From an uncultured Chloroflexia bacterium (lineage in GTDB: Bacteria > Chloroflexota > Limnocylindria > QHBO01): 64,000 nucleotides of DNA. The number at the start of each line of letters is the position of its first letter. Positions within the stretch are counted from its first letter, which is position 1. Under the pieces are notes generated by a model that had not been told where the DNA came from, ran no database searches, and saw only the letters and a program-made list of their open reading frames with translations. Shown here piece by piece: positions 9,988 through 19,413 of this stretch. The stretch is from assembly GCA_963825525.1 (NCBI GenBank), contig CAWGTN010000003.1, positions 128,001 to 192,000 of the forward strand, read 5' to 3'. The translations under genes were made by a program, and so were the position numbers.

Positions 9988-10936
9988 GCCCGGTTCGCCC
10001 GTCCCATCCGACCCGGCCGCTCTCGGCTACGAGCGGATTCGCTACGAGCGCGACGCCGATGCCGGCGTGGCGACCGTCACCGTCAACCGCCCCGACGTCC
10101 TCAACGCGCTGGATCTGCCGACGCTGAAGGAGCTCTCGCACGCCTTCGAGCAGGCCTCGTGGGACGATGCGGTGGCCGTGGTGGTCGTGACCGGCGCCGG
10201 AGACCGAGCGTTCTGTACCGGGGCCGATCTCGACGAGCAGGCGCTCATGGGATCGACCAGTGGCCAGTACTGGCGCTGGATGGGTGCGTTCATCGAGATG
10301 CACGACAAGCTGCGCCACATCGGCAAGCCGACGATCGCGCGTGTCAATGGCGTTGCCGTCGGCGGCGGCAACGAGCTCCAGATGGCGTGCGACCTGTCGA
10401 TCATCGTTGACGACGCCTATATCCGGCACGTGGGTCCCGAGCACGGCTCGGTGCCGGCCGGTGGTGCGACCCAGTGGCTGCCGATCATGGTCGGTGACCG
10501 GCGCGCGCGGGAGATCATCATGCTGTGCGAGCCGATCGCCCCGCAGCAGGCCCTGGACTGGGGACTGGTGACGCGGGTGGTGCCGCGCGCCGAGCTCGAT
10601 GCGGCGGTGGCGGACATGGCAGCCAAGCTGGCCCGCAAGCTGCCGGAGGCAATGCGATACACGAAGACGCATCTGAACTGGTGGCGCGACCTGGTGTGGT
10701 CCCAGACCATCGAGCACGCCCGGGACTGGCTGGCCGTCCACTCGGTCGCCGACGAGACGAAGGAGGCCGTCACCGCCTTCCACCAGAAGCGGAAGCCGCG
10801 CTTCGCCGAGCTGCGCAAGGTCGAGGCAGGGGACGGGCGCGTCTGTCCGTCCTGCGGTGCGACCGGGCTGCCTGCGGCGCACCGCTTCTGCGGGGTGTGT
10901 GCCGCGGAGCTGCCTGACGTCTGGAGCCTCGAATGA
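9980..10936 (+). CDS. Crotonase-family hydrolase similar to Oah/BamA/BadI ring-opening enzymes, with a C-terminal zinc ribbon
   Basis: GDRAFCTGADL, ARVNGVAVGGGNE, GPEHGSVPAGGATQWLP, LCEP; tail CPSCG...FCGVC. Confidence 0.8.
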   Translation: MPEPGSPVPSDPAALGYERIRYERDADAGVATVTVNRPDVLNALDLPTLKELSHAFEQASWDDAVAVVVVTGAGDRAFCTGADLDEQALMGSTSGQYWRWMGAFIEMHDKLRHIGKPTIARVNGVAVGGGNELQMACDLSIIVDDAYIRHVGPEHGSVPAGGATQWLPIMVGDRRAREIIMLCEPIAPQQALDWGLVTRVVPRAELDAAVADMAAKLARKLPEAMRYTKTHLNWWRDLVWSQTIEHARDWLAVHSVADETKEAVTAFHQKRKPRFAELRKVEAGDGRVCPSCGATGLPAAHRFCGVCAAELPDVWSLE

Positions 10937-11715
10937 GCGACGAGGAACTCGTCCTCGTTGAGCGGCAGGCGGAGCAGCGCACGGCGCTGGTGCGCCTCAA
11001 CCGCCCCAAGCAGCTCAATGCGCTCAACGGGCAGGTCATGGATGCCCTGTGCGCCGCGCTCGAGGAGCTGGACCGCGATGATTCGATCCGCGCGATCGTG
11101 GTGACCGGCAACGAACGGGCATTTGCGGCCGGTGCCGACATCGGCGAGATGGCGAACGCGACACCGGTCGAGATGCTCATCACGAACCGCATCGGGCAAT
11201 GGGATCGCATTCGCCGCATCACGAAGCCGGTCATCGCCGCCGTGAACGGATGGGCCCTCGGTGGAGGCTGCGAGCTGGCGATGACCCTCGACCTCATCGT
11301 GGCGGGCGAGGGCGCGAAGTTCGGTCAGCCCGAGATCGGCATCGGCGTCATCCCGGGGGCGGGCGGAACGCAGCGGCTGACGCGCGCCGTCGGCAAGAGC
11401 AAGGCGATGGAGATGGTGCTGACCGGTGAGCCGATCACCGCGCGGGAAGCCCTGGATGCCGGCCTCGTGGCTCGGGTGACCCAGGACGAGGTCGTGGTCG
11501 ATGACGCGCTGGCCCTGGCCGCCAGGATGGCCACCAAGGCGCCGATCGCGTTGCGGCTGGCCAAGGAGGCGGTGAACGCCGCCTACGAGATGAGCCTGAC
11601 CGATGCACTGGCCCATGAACGCCGCCTCTTCTACCTCCTGTTCGCGACCGACGACCAGAAGGAGGGGATGGCTGCCTTTCTCGAGAAGCGGGAGCCGGAT
11701 TTCCGCGGCCGATGA
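10933..11715 (+). CDS. paaF: Enoyl-CoA hydratase (PaaF-like)
   Basis: LNRPKQLNALN, AFAAGADI, ALGGGCEL, FGQPEI, PGAGGTQRL, DQKEGM. Confidence 0.8.
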   Translation: MSDEELVLVERQAEQRTALVRLNRPKQLNALNGQVMDALCAALEELDRDDSIRAIVVTGNERAFAAGADIGEMANATPVEMLITNRIGQWDRIRRITKPVIAAVNGWALGGGCELAMTLDLIVAGEGAKFGQPEIGIGVIPGAGGTQRLTRAVGKSKAMEMVLTGEPITAREALDAGLVARVTQDEVVVDDALALAARMATKAPIALRLAKEAVNAAYEMSLTDALAHERRLFYLLFATDDQKEGMAAFLEKREPDFRGR

Positions 11716-12671
11716 ACCTCGGCAATCCTGACCAGCCGGTGGGCGGGCTGGCCGTTCCTCGCCCCCCCGGCGTCGAGATCCGTCCCCTGGCGCGCGAGGA
11801 CCTGGCCGCGGCACTGACCCTCGTCCGCGAGCTTCATGACCTTCCCGATGGGGATCCCGAGCTCTTCCGCGAGCGGTATGACGCGTTCGTCAATGACGTG
11901 GACGCGGCGCCGTTCCTCGCCGTCGTGGATGGCGTCGCGGCCGGGCTGATCGGGTTCGCATTTCGGCGCCGGCTCAACCACGCGACCTTCGAGGGCTGGG
12001 TGGGCGACCTGGTCGTCTCGGCGTCGTTTCGGGGGCGCGGGATCGGACGGGCCCTGCTCGCCTCGGCGCTCGCCGAGTGGCGCCTGCGTGGCGGGCACCA
12101 GGTGATGCTCGAGGTTGGACACGACCGAACGGTGGCACGCGGGCTGTACGAGGCCGTCGGCTTCGCGGACCAGGGGAAGTACTTCGAGATCGGCCCGGTC
12201 CGGACTCGCGCCATCGAGCCGGGCAAGGGCGTCGAGCTTCGGCCGATCGTGGACGACGACGCCGACTTTGACGCCGTCACGCGCCTGCTGGCCGAGCTCG
12301 GCCGGCCGGCGCCGGCGGAGGATCGGCTGCCGGCCCTGCGTCGCACGTATGCGTCCCACGTCGGCCGCCAGGACACGGGATCGCTGCTCGCCACGCTCGA
12401 CGGCGAACCGGTCGGTTTCGTGAGCCTCGAGATGCGTCACCCGTTCTTCACGACCGCGCCGCAGGCCTGGATTCCGGACCTCATCGTCACCGAGCGGGCT
12501 CGCGGCAACGACATCGGCGCGGCCCTGCTGGACGCGGCCTTCGCTGAGTCAATTCGCCGCGGAGCGTACGCGGCCGCCCTCGAATCCGGCCATCAGCGTG
12601 CCGTTGCGCACCGCCTGTACACGACGGCCGGCATGTCCGACGTGGGGAGCTTCTTCACCCTCCGTCGTTGA
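11712..12671 (+). CDS. Tandem (double) GNAT acetyltransferase
   Basis: Two acetyl-CoA loops (FRGRGIGRALL, ARGNDIGAALL) each followed by A..LY...G; ATGA overlap with paaF. Confidence 0.88.
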   Translation: MNLGNPDQPVGGLAVPRPPGVEIRPLAREDLAAALTLVRELHDLPDGDPELFRERYDAFVNDVDAAPFLAVVDGVAAGLIGFAFRRRLNHATFEGWVGDLVVSASFRGRGIGRALLASALAEWRLRGGHQVMLEVGHDRTVARGLYEAVGFADQGKYFEIGPVRTRAIEPGKGVELRPIVDDDADFDAVTRLLAELGRPAPAEDRLPALRRTYASHVGRQDTGSLLATLDGEPVGFVSLEMRHPFFTTAPQAWIPDLIVTERARGNDIGAALLDAAFAESIRRGAYAAALESGHQRAVAHRLYTTAGMSDVGSFFTLRR

Positions 12672-12748
12672 CGGTACGCATCCTGCAATGCTCGTCGTGT
12701 CGAGCGCTTGCTCGCAGGATTGATAGACACCGCATACGGAGGCAAACC

Positions 12749-13018
12749 GTGGGCATTCTTTCTTGGTTGATCGTGGGGGCAATCGCTGGCTGGGTGGCCA
12801 GCAAGATCATGCCGGGTGACGAGGGGTACGGCGTTCTCGGCGGGCTCATCGCCGGAATCGTCGGCGCCATGGTCGGCGGCTTCATCTTCGGCCAGCTGAC
12901 CGGCGAAGACTGGATCAACGGCGTCACCATCGGCACGATCCTGGCGGCCATCGTGGGCGCCCTCGTGGTCGTCTTCGTGTGGAACATGATCACCGGGCGC
13001 AACCGCACGGCCACCTGA
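12749..13018 (+). CDS. GlsB/YeaQ/YmgE family stress membrane protein
   Basis: GILSWLIVGAIAGWVASKIM...GIVGAMVGG; GGAGG RBS. Confidence 0.92.
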   Translation: MGILSWLIVGAIAGWVASKIMPGDEGYGVLGGLIAGIVGAMVGGFIFGQLTGEDWINGVTIGTILAAIVGALVVVFVWNMITGRNRTAT

Positions 13019-13101
13019 GCCCGGCTTCAGCCCCCGACACACCTGGACGCCCGGCACACGAGTGCCGGGCGTCCGCATGCACGCCGGTACAATCGGGCGC
13101 G

Positions 13102-13887
13102 ATGCCTGACTCGACTCCCCAGACCATCGCGATCTCCACCGAATCGCACGTCACCACGATCACGCTCGACCGACCCGACGCTCTCAACGCCCTCAATGCG
13201 GCGATGAGGGGCGAGCTGCTCGTGGCCCTGAAGCAGGCCGCCCGCGACGACGCGGTCCGCGCGGTCGTGATCACCGGCGCCGGACGCGGGTTCTGCAGCG
13301 GCGCGGATCTTCGCGGTGGTTCGAGCGAACGCGAGTTCCGCCGCGTCCTCAGCACGGAATATCACCCACTGGTCGAGCTCATTCGCTCGATGCCCAAGCC
13401 CATCGTGGCCGCCGTCAACGGGGTGGCTGCCGGTGCCGGCGTGAGCCTCGCCTTCGCCTGTGATCTCGTGATCGCCTCGGCCGATGCCCGCTTCGTGCCG
13501 GCATTCCATCGGATCGCGCTGGTTCCGGACTCCGGCCTCACGCGCACCCTCGTCCGCGCCCTGGGCCGCCACCGGGCGTTCGAGGTGCTCCTCGGGGAGC
13601 GGACGCTCGGTGCCGAGGAGGCGCACGCCGTTGGCCTGGTTGCCGCGGTCGTCCCCGCCGATCAGCTGGCCGATGCGACCCGGGCCCTTGCCGATCGGCT
13701 GGCAGCCGGGCCGACGTCCGCGATCGGGATGACGAAGCGGCTCATCAACGCGGCCGAGCAGGACTCCCTGGCCGACAGCCTGGCCGCCGAGGCGGCGCTG
13801 CAGGACGTCGCCGGGCGGGGAGCGGACCACGCCGAAGGGGTGGCCGCATTCGCGGAGAAGCGCGACCCGAAGTTCGGCGGCCGATGA
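13102..13887 (+). CDS. paaG: Enoyl-CoA hydratase/isomerase (PaaG-like)
   Basis: GAGRGFCSGADL, VNGVAAGAG, LVPDSG, DHAEGVAAFAEKR; translationally coupled to paaH. Confidence 0.75.
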   Translation: MPDSTPQTIAISTESHVTTITLDRPDALNALNAAMRGELLVALKQAARDDAVRAVVITGAGRGFCSGADLRGGSSEREFRRVLSTEYHPLVELIRSMPKPIVAAVNGVAAGAGVSLAFACDLVIASADARFVPAFHRIALVPDSGLTRTLVRALGRHRAFEVLLGERTLGAEEAHAVGLVAAVVPADQLADATRALADRLAAGPTSAIGMTKRLINAAEQDSLADSLAAEAALQDVAGRGADHAEGVAAFAEKRDPKFGGR

Positions 13888-15095
13888 ACGAGGTGCGCAC
13901 GCTCGGCGTGCTCGGCGCCGGGACGATGGGCGCGGGGATCGCGCAGGTCGCGATCGAAGCGGGTCTCGATGTCCTGCTCCATGATCCGGTCGCCGGGGCG
14001 ACCGAGCGTGCCCGCGAACGGATCGGCGGCTTCCTGGCCCGCAAGGTCGAGAAGGGACAGCTCTCGGACGCTGACCGGGCTGCCGCCGTCGAGCGCATCG
14101 GCTTCTCGACGCTGCTCGAAGGGCTTGCCGCCGCCGATGTCGTGATCGAGGCGATCCCGGAGATCCTCGAGCTCAAGCAGGATGCCTTTCGGCGGCTCGA
14201 CGGGGCGGCGCCACCGTCCACGATCCTCGCCACGAACACCAGCTCGCTGCCGGTCGCCCGCATTGCGAGCGCGACATCCCGCCCCGGGCGCGTCGTCGGC
14301 ATGCACTTCTTCAACCCGGTTCCGCTCATGGCCCTGGTGGAGGTCATCCCCGGGCCGATGACCGACGAGGCGGTGGTCAACGACGTCACCCTGCTGGCGC
14401 GCCTGCTCGGGAAGACGCCGGTGACCTCGGTCGATGCCCCGGGTTTCATCGTCAACCGGGTGCAGCGGGCGTACTACCTCGAGGCCTGCCGCATCCTCGA
14501 GGCGGGGCTGGCCGGGGTCGCCGAGATCGACGAGGCGATGCGCGGCATCGGGTTCCGGCTCGGCCCGTTCGAGCTGGCCGACATGGTGGGCACCGATGTG
14601 AGCCTGGCGGCCGGCGTCGCCATCTTCGAGGGCTTCTTCGAGGAGCCGCGCTTCCGCCCATCGCTCCTCCAGCGGAGGGTGGCGGACGCCGGTCGACTGG
14701 GGCGCAAGACCGGCGCGGGCTACTACGACTACGGAGCCGATGGTGCCCGAACGGCGCCGTGGGATGGGCTCACGTCACGGGCCCCCGGCTCGCCGGCAAT
14801 CGCCCAGCTGGATGCCGCCCAGGTCGAGGCCCGCATCCTCGCCGCCATCGTGAACGAGGCTGCGTCAGCGGTGGCCGATGGCGTCGCCTCGCCCGAAGCG
14901 GTCGACACCGCCATGCGCCTGGCAACGAACTGGCCGGACGGCCCGCTGGTCTGGGGCGAGCGGATCGGGCTGGCGTCGGTCGTCAACACGCTCGATGCGC
15001 TTCATGCATCGGTGCCCGATGGCCGCTACCGCGTGACGCCGCTGCTGCGGGCCTTGGCGGATGCGCGCGGCTCGTTCTTCCCGGCACGAGGCTAG
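13884..15095 (+). CDS. paaH: 3-hydroxyacyl-CoA dehydrogenase (PaaH-like)
   Basis: GAGTMGAGIA, EAIPE, ATNTSS, GMHFFNP, PGFIVNR; duplicated C-terminal domain. Confidence 0.85.
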   Translation: MNEVRTLGVLGAGTMGAGIAQVAIEAGLDVLLHDPVAGATERARERIGGFLARKVEKGQLSDADRAAAVERIGFSTLLEGLAAADVVIEAIPEILELKQDAFRRLDGAAPPSTILATNTSSLPVARIASATSRPGRVVGMHFFNPVPLMALVEVIPGPMTDEAVVNDVTLLARLLGKTPVTSVDAPGFIVNRVQRAYYLEACRILEAGLAGVAEIDEAMRGIGFRLGPFELADMVGTDVSLAAGVAIFEGFFEEPRFRPSLLQRRVADAGRLGRKTGAGYYDYGADGARTAPWDGLTSRAPGSPAIAQLDAAQVEARILAAIVNEAASAVADGVASPEAVDTAMRLATNWPDGPLVWGERIGLASVVNTLDALHASVPDGRYRVTPLLRALADARGSFFPARG

Positions 15096-15099
15096 GCGG

Positions 15100-15750
15100 A
15101 TGCCGTTGTCCGGCCGCTACCGGGCGGTGATCTTCGACATGGACGGCCTGCTGCTCGACACCGAGACGTTGTGGCACGCGGCCGAGGTCGAGCTGTTCGC
15201 CCGGCATGGCGACACATTCACATGGGACGACAAGCTGGCCGTCATCGGGACCAACCGAGCGATCACCGCCGAATACTTCCGATCACGGCTGGGCGGCACG
15301 CCCGAGCGTGGGCTCGAGCTGGTGGACGAGATGATCGAGCTCATGCACGTACGCGTGCAGGAGGCGGTCGAGGCGCGGCCGGGAGCGATCGAGCTCATGA
15401 GCCGGCTGCGCGAGCTCGACGGCATGCGGATCGGGCTCGCATCCAACTCGCCGCGCTTCCTCGTCGACGCGGCGCTCGAGAGCGCCGGCATGACCGACGC
15501 CTTCGACGTCATCGTGACCTCCGACGACGTGGAGCACGCCAAGCCGGAGCCCGACATCTACCTGCTGGCCTGTCAGCGGCTGGGGGTCGATCCCGCGGAG
15601 GCTGTGGCGCTCGAGGACTCCGCATCCGGCGTTCAGGCGGCCAAGGCTGCCGGGCTCACCTGCATCGGCGTTCCGCAGTTCGCCGAATCCGATGTCTCCG
15701 CCGCCGATCGGGTCATCGGCTCACTCGAGGATCTCCTCGTCACGGCGTAG
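15100..15750 (+). CDS. HAD-superfamily hydrolase (beta-phosphoglucomutase-like)
   Basis: FDMDGLLLDTE, LASNS, KPEPDIY, LEDS. Confidence 0.92.
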   Translation: MPLSGRYRAVIFDMDGLLLDTETLWHAAEVELFARHGDTFTWDDKLAVIGTNRAITAEYFRSRLGGTPERGLELVDEMIELMHVRVQEAVEARPGAIELMSRLRELDGMRIGLASNSPRFLVDAALESAGMTDAFDVIVTSDDVEHAKPEPDIYLLACQRLGVDPAEAVALEDSASGVQAAKAAGLTCIGVPQFAESDVSAADRVIGSLEDLLVTA

Positions 15751-15759
15751 ACTTGCCGC

Positions 15760-15984
15760 ATGTGTCGAAGCATCAAGACTCTCAGGAACGGCGCGATCCC
15801 GGCCGGCGACGACGAGATCGCTGCCGCCGCGCTCCAATACGTGCGCAAGGTGAGCGGGTACCGGACCCCGTCGGTGGCCAACCAGGAGGCGTTCGCCGAG
15901 GCCGTCGTCGCGGTGGCCGCCGCCTCCAAGGAGCTGCTGGCGGCCGTGGCCACCACGCATCCGCAGGCGAGACGGACCGCCTGA
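15760..15984 (+). CDS. DUF2277 family protein
   Basis: MCRSIKTLRN...EIAAAALQYVRKVSG...N.EAF. Confidence 0.88.
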   Translation: MCRSIKTLRNGAIPAGDDEIAAAALQYVRKVSGYRTPSVANQEAFAEAVVAVAAASKELLAAVATTHPQARRTA

Positions 15985-16002
15985 CCTCCGCCGGCCCAGC
16001 CG

Positions 16003-16464
16003 TTACCCGAAGGCTGCAATCCCGGCGTCGGCGGCGCGCTGGTCTTCGTCGGAGCTCCCGCCGCTGACGCCCACGGCGCCGACCAGAACTCCGCCGCGCT
16101 CGAGCGGCATGCCGCCGGCAAAGACGACCATGCGGCCCGCAGCCAGCGAATCGTAGCCGTAGAATTCGGCGCCCGGCTGAACGAGGGGGCCGAGATCGCG
16201 GGTCGGCATCCGATTGACCAGGGCGGAATACGCCTTGTCCCTGGCCAGGCCGATCCCGACCAGGTCGGCCCCGTCCATGCGGGCGAAGGCAACGAGCTGG
16301 TCGCCGCTGTCGATGACCGCAACGGACATCGCCACGCCGAGCTCGGCGGCGACTACTTCGACTGCGGCAATGACGCGGCGAGCGGCGGCGAGCGTCATGC
16401 CCGCCGCCTGCGACGCGGTCGGCGTCCGCCAGGCGTCGACGTTCCGCAGGTCCGAATCGGGCAT
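16003..16464 (-). CDS. GlcG/HbpS family heme-binding protein
   Basis: VAVIDSG, FARMDG, ARDKAYSA, FAGGMPL, GAVGVSGG...DQ. Confidence 0.9.
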   Translation of the reverse strand: MPDSDLRNVDAWRTPTASQAAGMTLAAARRVIAAVEVVAAELGVAMSVAVIDSGDQLVAFARMDGADLVGIGLARDKAYSALVNRMPTRDLGPLVQPGAEFYGYDSLAAGRMVVFAGGMPLERGGVLVGAVGVSGGSSDEDQRAADAGIAAFG

Positions 16465-16465
16465 G

Positions 16466-17284
16466 TCAGTCCCTTGAGCGGAGTCGCAGCGCGACCAGGG
16501 TGAGCGCCACGGTGCCGATCATCAGCAGCACGGCCATGGCGATGAGGACGGGCAGACGCTGGGCGAAGCGCACCTGCCCATAGAGAAACACCGGGAAGGT
16601 GGGGTCGCCGCCGACCAGGAAGATGGCGAGCGCGATCTCGTCGAACGACACGATGAAGCAGGTCAGCCAGGCGGCGACGATCGTCGGTCCCATGAGCGGC
16701 AGGACAACTCGACGAAGTGTCGCCGGATAGGTAGCGCCGAGGTCCATGGCCGCGTCCTCGAGCGCCGGGTCGAGCCCTGAGAGACGCGCCAGCTGGATCA
16801 GCGTGGCGTACGGCGTGGCGATGACGGTATGCCCGATGGCAACGCTCAGCAGTGAGCGCGGCAGGTCAACCGTCACGAACAGGAGGAAGAATGCGACGCC
16901 CATGACCACGAAGGGAACGACGAGAGGCAGCCCGGCGAGCGCAAGCAAGGCTGCGCGGCCACGGAACTGGAAGCGGAGGACCGCTGTGGCGACGAGGAAC
17001 CCAATGGTGGTGGCGATGGTTGCCGAGGCTGTTCCCACCAGCAGGCTGTTCCGCGCGGCGGCGAGCATCGGGCCGTTGCCGAGCACGTCCGCGTACCAGT
17101 CGAGCGTCAGGCCCTCGATCGGGAATCGAAGCGTCGATCCGGCATTGAACGAGAAGACGAAGAGGATCCCGATCGGCAGGTAGAGAAGGACGAGCATGAG
17201 CGCGTAGAAGGCGCGGAGGGGAACCGCGGTCCCGCCGACGCCGATGTGCCGCGAGCGGCGGGATGGCACCGAACGACCCATCAC
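16466..17284 (-). CDS. potC: Polyamine ABC transporter permease (PotC-like)
   Basis: LYLPI...FSFN, LEDAAMDLGA, SFDE. Confidence 0.85.
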   Translation of the reverse strand: MMGRSVPSRRSRHIGVGGTAVPLRAFYALMLVLLYLPIGILFVFSFNAGSTLRFPIEGLTLDWYADVLGNGPMLAAARNSLLVGTASATIATTIGFLVATAVLRFQFRGRAALLALAGLPLVVPFVVMGVAFFLLFVTVDLPRSLLSVAIGHTVIATPYATLIQLARLSGLDPALEDAAMDLGATYPATLRRVVLPLMGPTIVAAWLTCFIVSFDEIALAIFLVGGDPTFPVFLYGQVRFAQRLPVLIAMAVLLMIGTVALTLVALRLRSRD

Positions 17285-18141
17285 AGGGACACCCGCTTCA
17301 GGTTCACGACCCGAAGGGCGATCAGCACAAGCAGCAGCGTCAGGACAAGCATGATCACCGCCATCGCCGCGCCCAGCGGCCAGTTGGCGGAACGCGTGAA
17401 GAAGCCAAGGATGATGTTGCCGTACATGATCCCGTCCGTTCCGCCGACCAGGGCTGGCGTGACGTACTCACCGACGGTCGGGATGAAGACCATGAAGAAG
17501 GTGGCAAGAGCGCCGGGAATGCTCAGCGGCACCGTGATACGCCAGAAGCGGGCCCAGGGGCCGGCCCCGAGATCGGCCGCTGCCTCGAGGTGGTTGCGAT
17601 CGATGCGCTGCATGGCCGCATAGATCGGCAAGGCGGCGAAAGGCACCCAGACATACACGAGCGTGACGATCACTGCGGGACGGCTGTAGAGGAGAAGCGT
17701 CACCGGCTCGTTGGTCAGGCCGATGCTCTCGAGGAGGGAATTGATGGTGCCTTCCGGGCCGAGCATCAGCTTCCAGGCCATGATGCGAAGGAGATAGCTC
17801 ACCGCGAACGGGACGAGCAGGAGGGTCAGATACAGCGTCGCCCGGTTTCCGGCCCGGAAGGTGAGGAAGTAGGCGATCGGATACGCCAGCAGGGTCGCGC
17901 CTGTGGCGATGCCGACGGCAGTGACCACCGAAAGGCCGAGCTGTCTCATGAAGGCCGGGGTGCTCAGGATCTGCTCGTAGTGCTCGAGGGACGGAGCGAA
18001 GCCGCCGTCAGGGCCGACCGCGCCTGAGCCTGAGCGAAGGCTGAAGGCCAGGATGAGCAGCACCGGGACGACGAAGAACAGCGCGAGCCACACCGCGGGC
18101 GGCCCGACGAGCAACGGCAGCGTTCTTCGACGTCCGAGCAC
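17281..18141 (-). CDS. potB: Polyamine ABC transporter permease (PotB-like)
   Basis: AYPIAY, LEAAADLGA, FIPTVGEYVTPALVGG. Confidence 0.85.
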   Translation of the reverse strand: MLGRRRTLPLLVGPPAVWLALFFVVPVLLILAFSLRSGSGAVGPDGGFAPSLEHYEQILSTPAFMRQLGLSVVTAVGIATGATLLAYPIAYFLTFRAGNRATLYLTLLLVPFAVSYLLRIMAWKLMLGPEGTINSLLESIGLTNEPVTLLLYSRPAVIVTLVYVWVPFAALPIYAAMQRIDRNHLEAAADLGAGPWARFWRITVPLSIPGALATFFMVFIPTVGEYVTPALVGGTDGIMYGNIILGFFTRSANWPLGAAMAVIMLVLTLLLVLIALRVVNLKRVSL

Positions 18142-18174
18142 CGTGATGTGCCTCGCGCTCGCGCTCGGCCCGGT

Positions 18175-19290
18175 CTACTCCGCCTGCACTCGCTCCCACA
18201 TGGCGGTCCAGGCGGTCCGCTGCTCGTCGGTGACGATCGGCGTGAAATTCGTGGACTCGAGGATGGACGGGTCGTTGATGCCGAACGCCTCGATCAGCAC
18301 TGGGTCATCGATGGCGGCCATGACATCGGCGTTCGCACATCCGTAGTAGAAGAGCGAGACCGCGTTTCCGCAGGTCGCCTCCGCGAGCTTCAGATCCAGG
18401 AACTTGAGCGCCAGCTCGTAACTGTCGGTCTCGGCGCTGATGCCGTACAGGCCGACCCACGAGTTGCGTCCCTCGTCCGGGTTCGCGTACGCGACCGGGT
18501 CGCCGGCCGCGAGGGCCGTGGCGTAGCAGCCTTGCCACGCATAGGCGACCCAGACCGTGCCGTCCTGCACCGATGGGCAGAGGTCCGTGTATTCGCCGGT
18601 CCAGTAGAACGCGTTGAGGGGCTTCTGGGCGATCCAGTCGGCCTCGATCTGAGCGAGCTGGTCATCGGTCAGCGCGGTCTCATCCCAGCCATTGATGTAC
18701 GACGAGACGGCAACGGCGGCCGGCCCGTCATTCCACATCGATACGTGGCCGGCAAAGGCCGGGTCGAGCAGTGCGTCCCAGCTCGTCACCTCCGGCACGT
18801 GATCCGTGTTGTACAGGATCGAGCTGAAGCCCCAGTCCCAAGGGAGGAAATACTGCTTCCCGTCGACCTGGCCGAGCTGTCGGTACTCCTCCGGCACCTT
18901 GTCCCAGTTGGACAGTTTGCTCGTGTCGATCTCTCGAACGAGGCCCTCATCCACGTAGAACTGCTGCCAGCCCGTGTAGAAGTGGAAGACGTCGGCCTGG
19001 CTGCCGGCCTGCATGAGCGCCAGGATGTTGGCGTCGGTGTCACCGAACTCGAAGTTGACCTGGGTGTCCGGACTCGCCGACTTGAAGTCGGTCCAGAAGT
19101 CTTCGGCTTCGTATCCGCTCCACTCCAGCACGAGGAGCTCGTCCGGCTCGGCCGCAGCCGATGGACTGGACGCCGGCTCGCCAGACGATGCCCCGCCAGA
19201 TCCGCCACCGACGTTGGTTCCGCAGGCAGCGAGCAGCAGCCCGATGGCCACGATGGGTGCGGTGAATCGCGTCAGATGCGTGGTTCGCAT
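18175..19290 (-). CDS. Polyamine ABC substrate-binding lipoprotein (PotD/PotF-like)
   Basis: Lipobox LAAC, EWSGY, PWDWG, SWDALLDP, AW.G, PDEG. Confidence 0.85.
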   Translation of the reverse strand: MRTTHLTRFTAPIVAIGLLLAACGTNVGGGSGGASSGEPASSPSAAAEPDELLVLEWSGYEAEDFWTDFKSASPDTQVNFEFGDTDANILALMQAGSQADVFHFYTGWQQFYVDEGLVREIDTSKLSNWDKVPEEYRQLGQVDGKQYFLPWDWGFSSILYNTDHVPEVTSWDALLDPAFAGHVSMWNDGPAAVAVSSYINGWDETALTDDQLAQIEADWIAQKPLNAFYWTGEYTDLCPSVQDGTVWVAYAWQGCYATALAAGDPVAYANPDEGRNSWVGLYGISAETDSYELALKFLDLKLAEATCGNAVSLFYYGCANADVMAAIDDPVLIEAFGINDPSILESTNFTPIVTDEQRTAWTAMWERVQAE

Positions 19291-19333
19291 GCTCGGTTGC
19301 CTCCTGATGCGCCGGAGCTCTAGATGCCAATCC

Positions 19334-19405
19334 CTGAAGCGTTGCTCAAGATCGGATCGTACTGCGCCGATACAGGTCGGTCAAGATTCTGAAGCATGCC
19401 TTCAG
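19334..19405 (-). promoter_or_regulatory. Sigma70 promoter flanked by two CTGAAG-N5-CTTCAG operators
   Basis: TTGACC(19384-19379)-N17-TACGAT(19361-19356); operators at 19334-19350 and 19389-19405, the second with perfect inverted arms. Confidence 0.75.
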
Positions 19406-19413
19406 ATGGAGTG

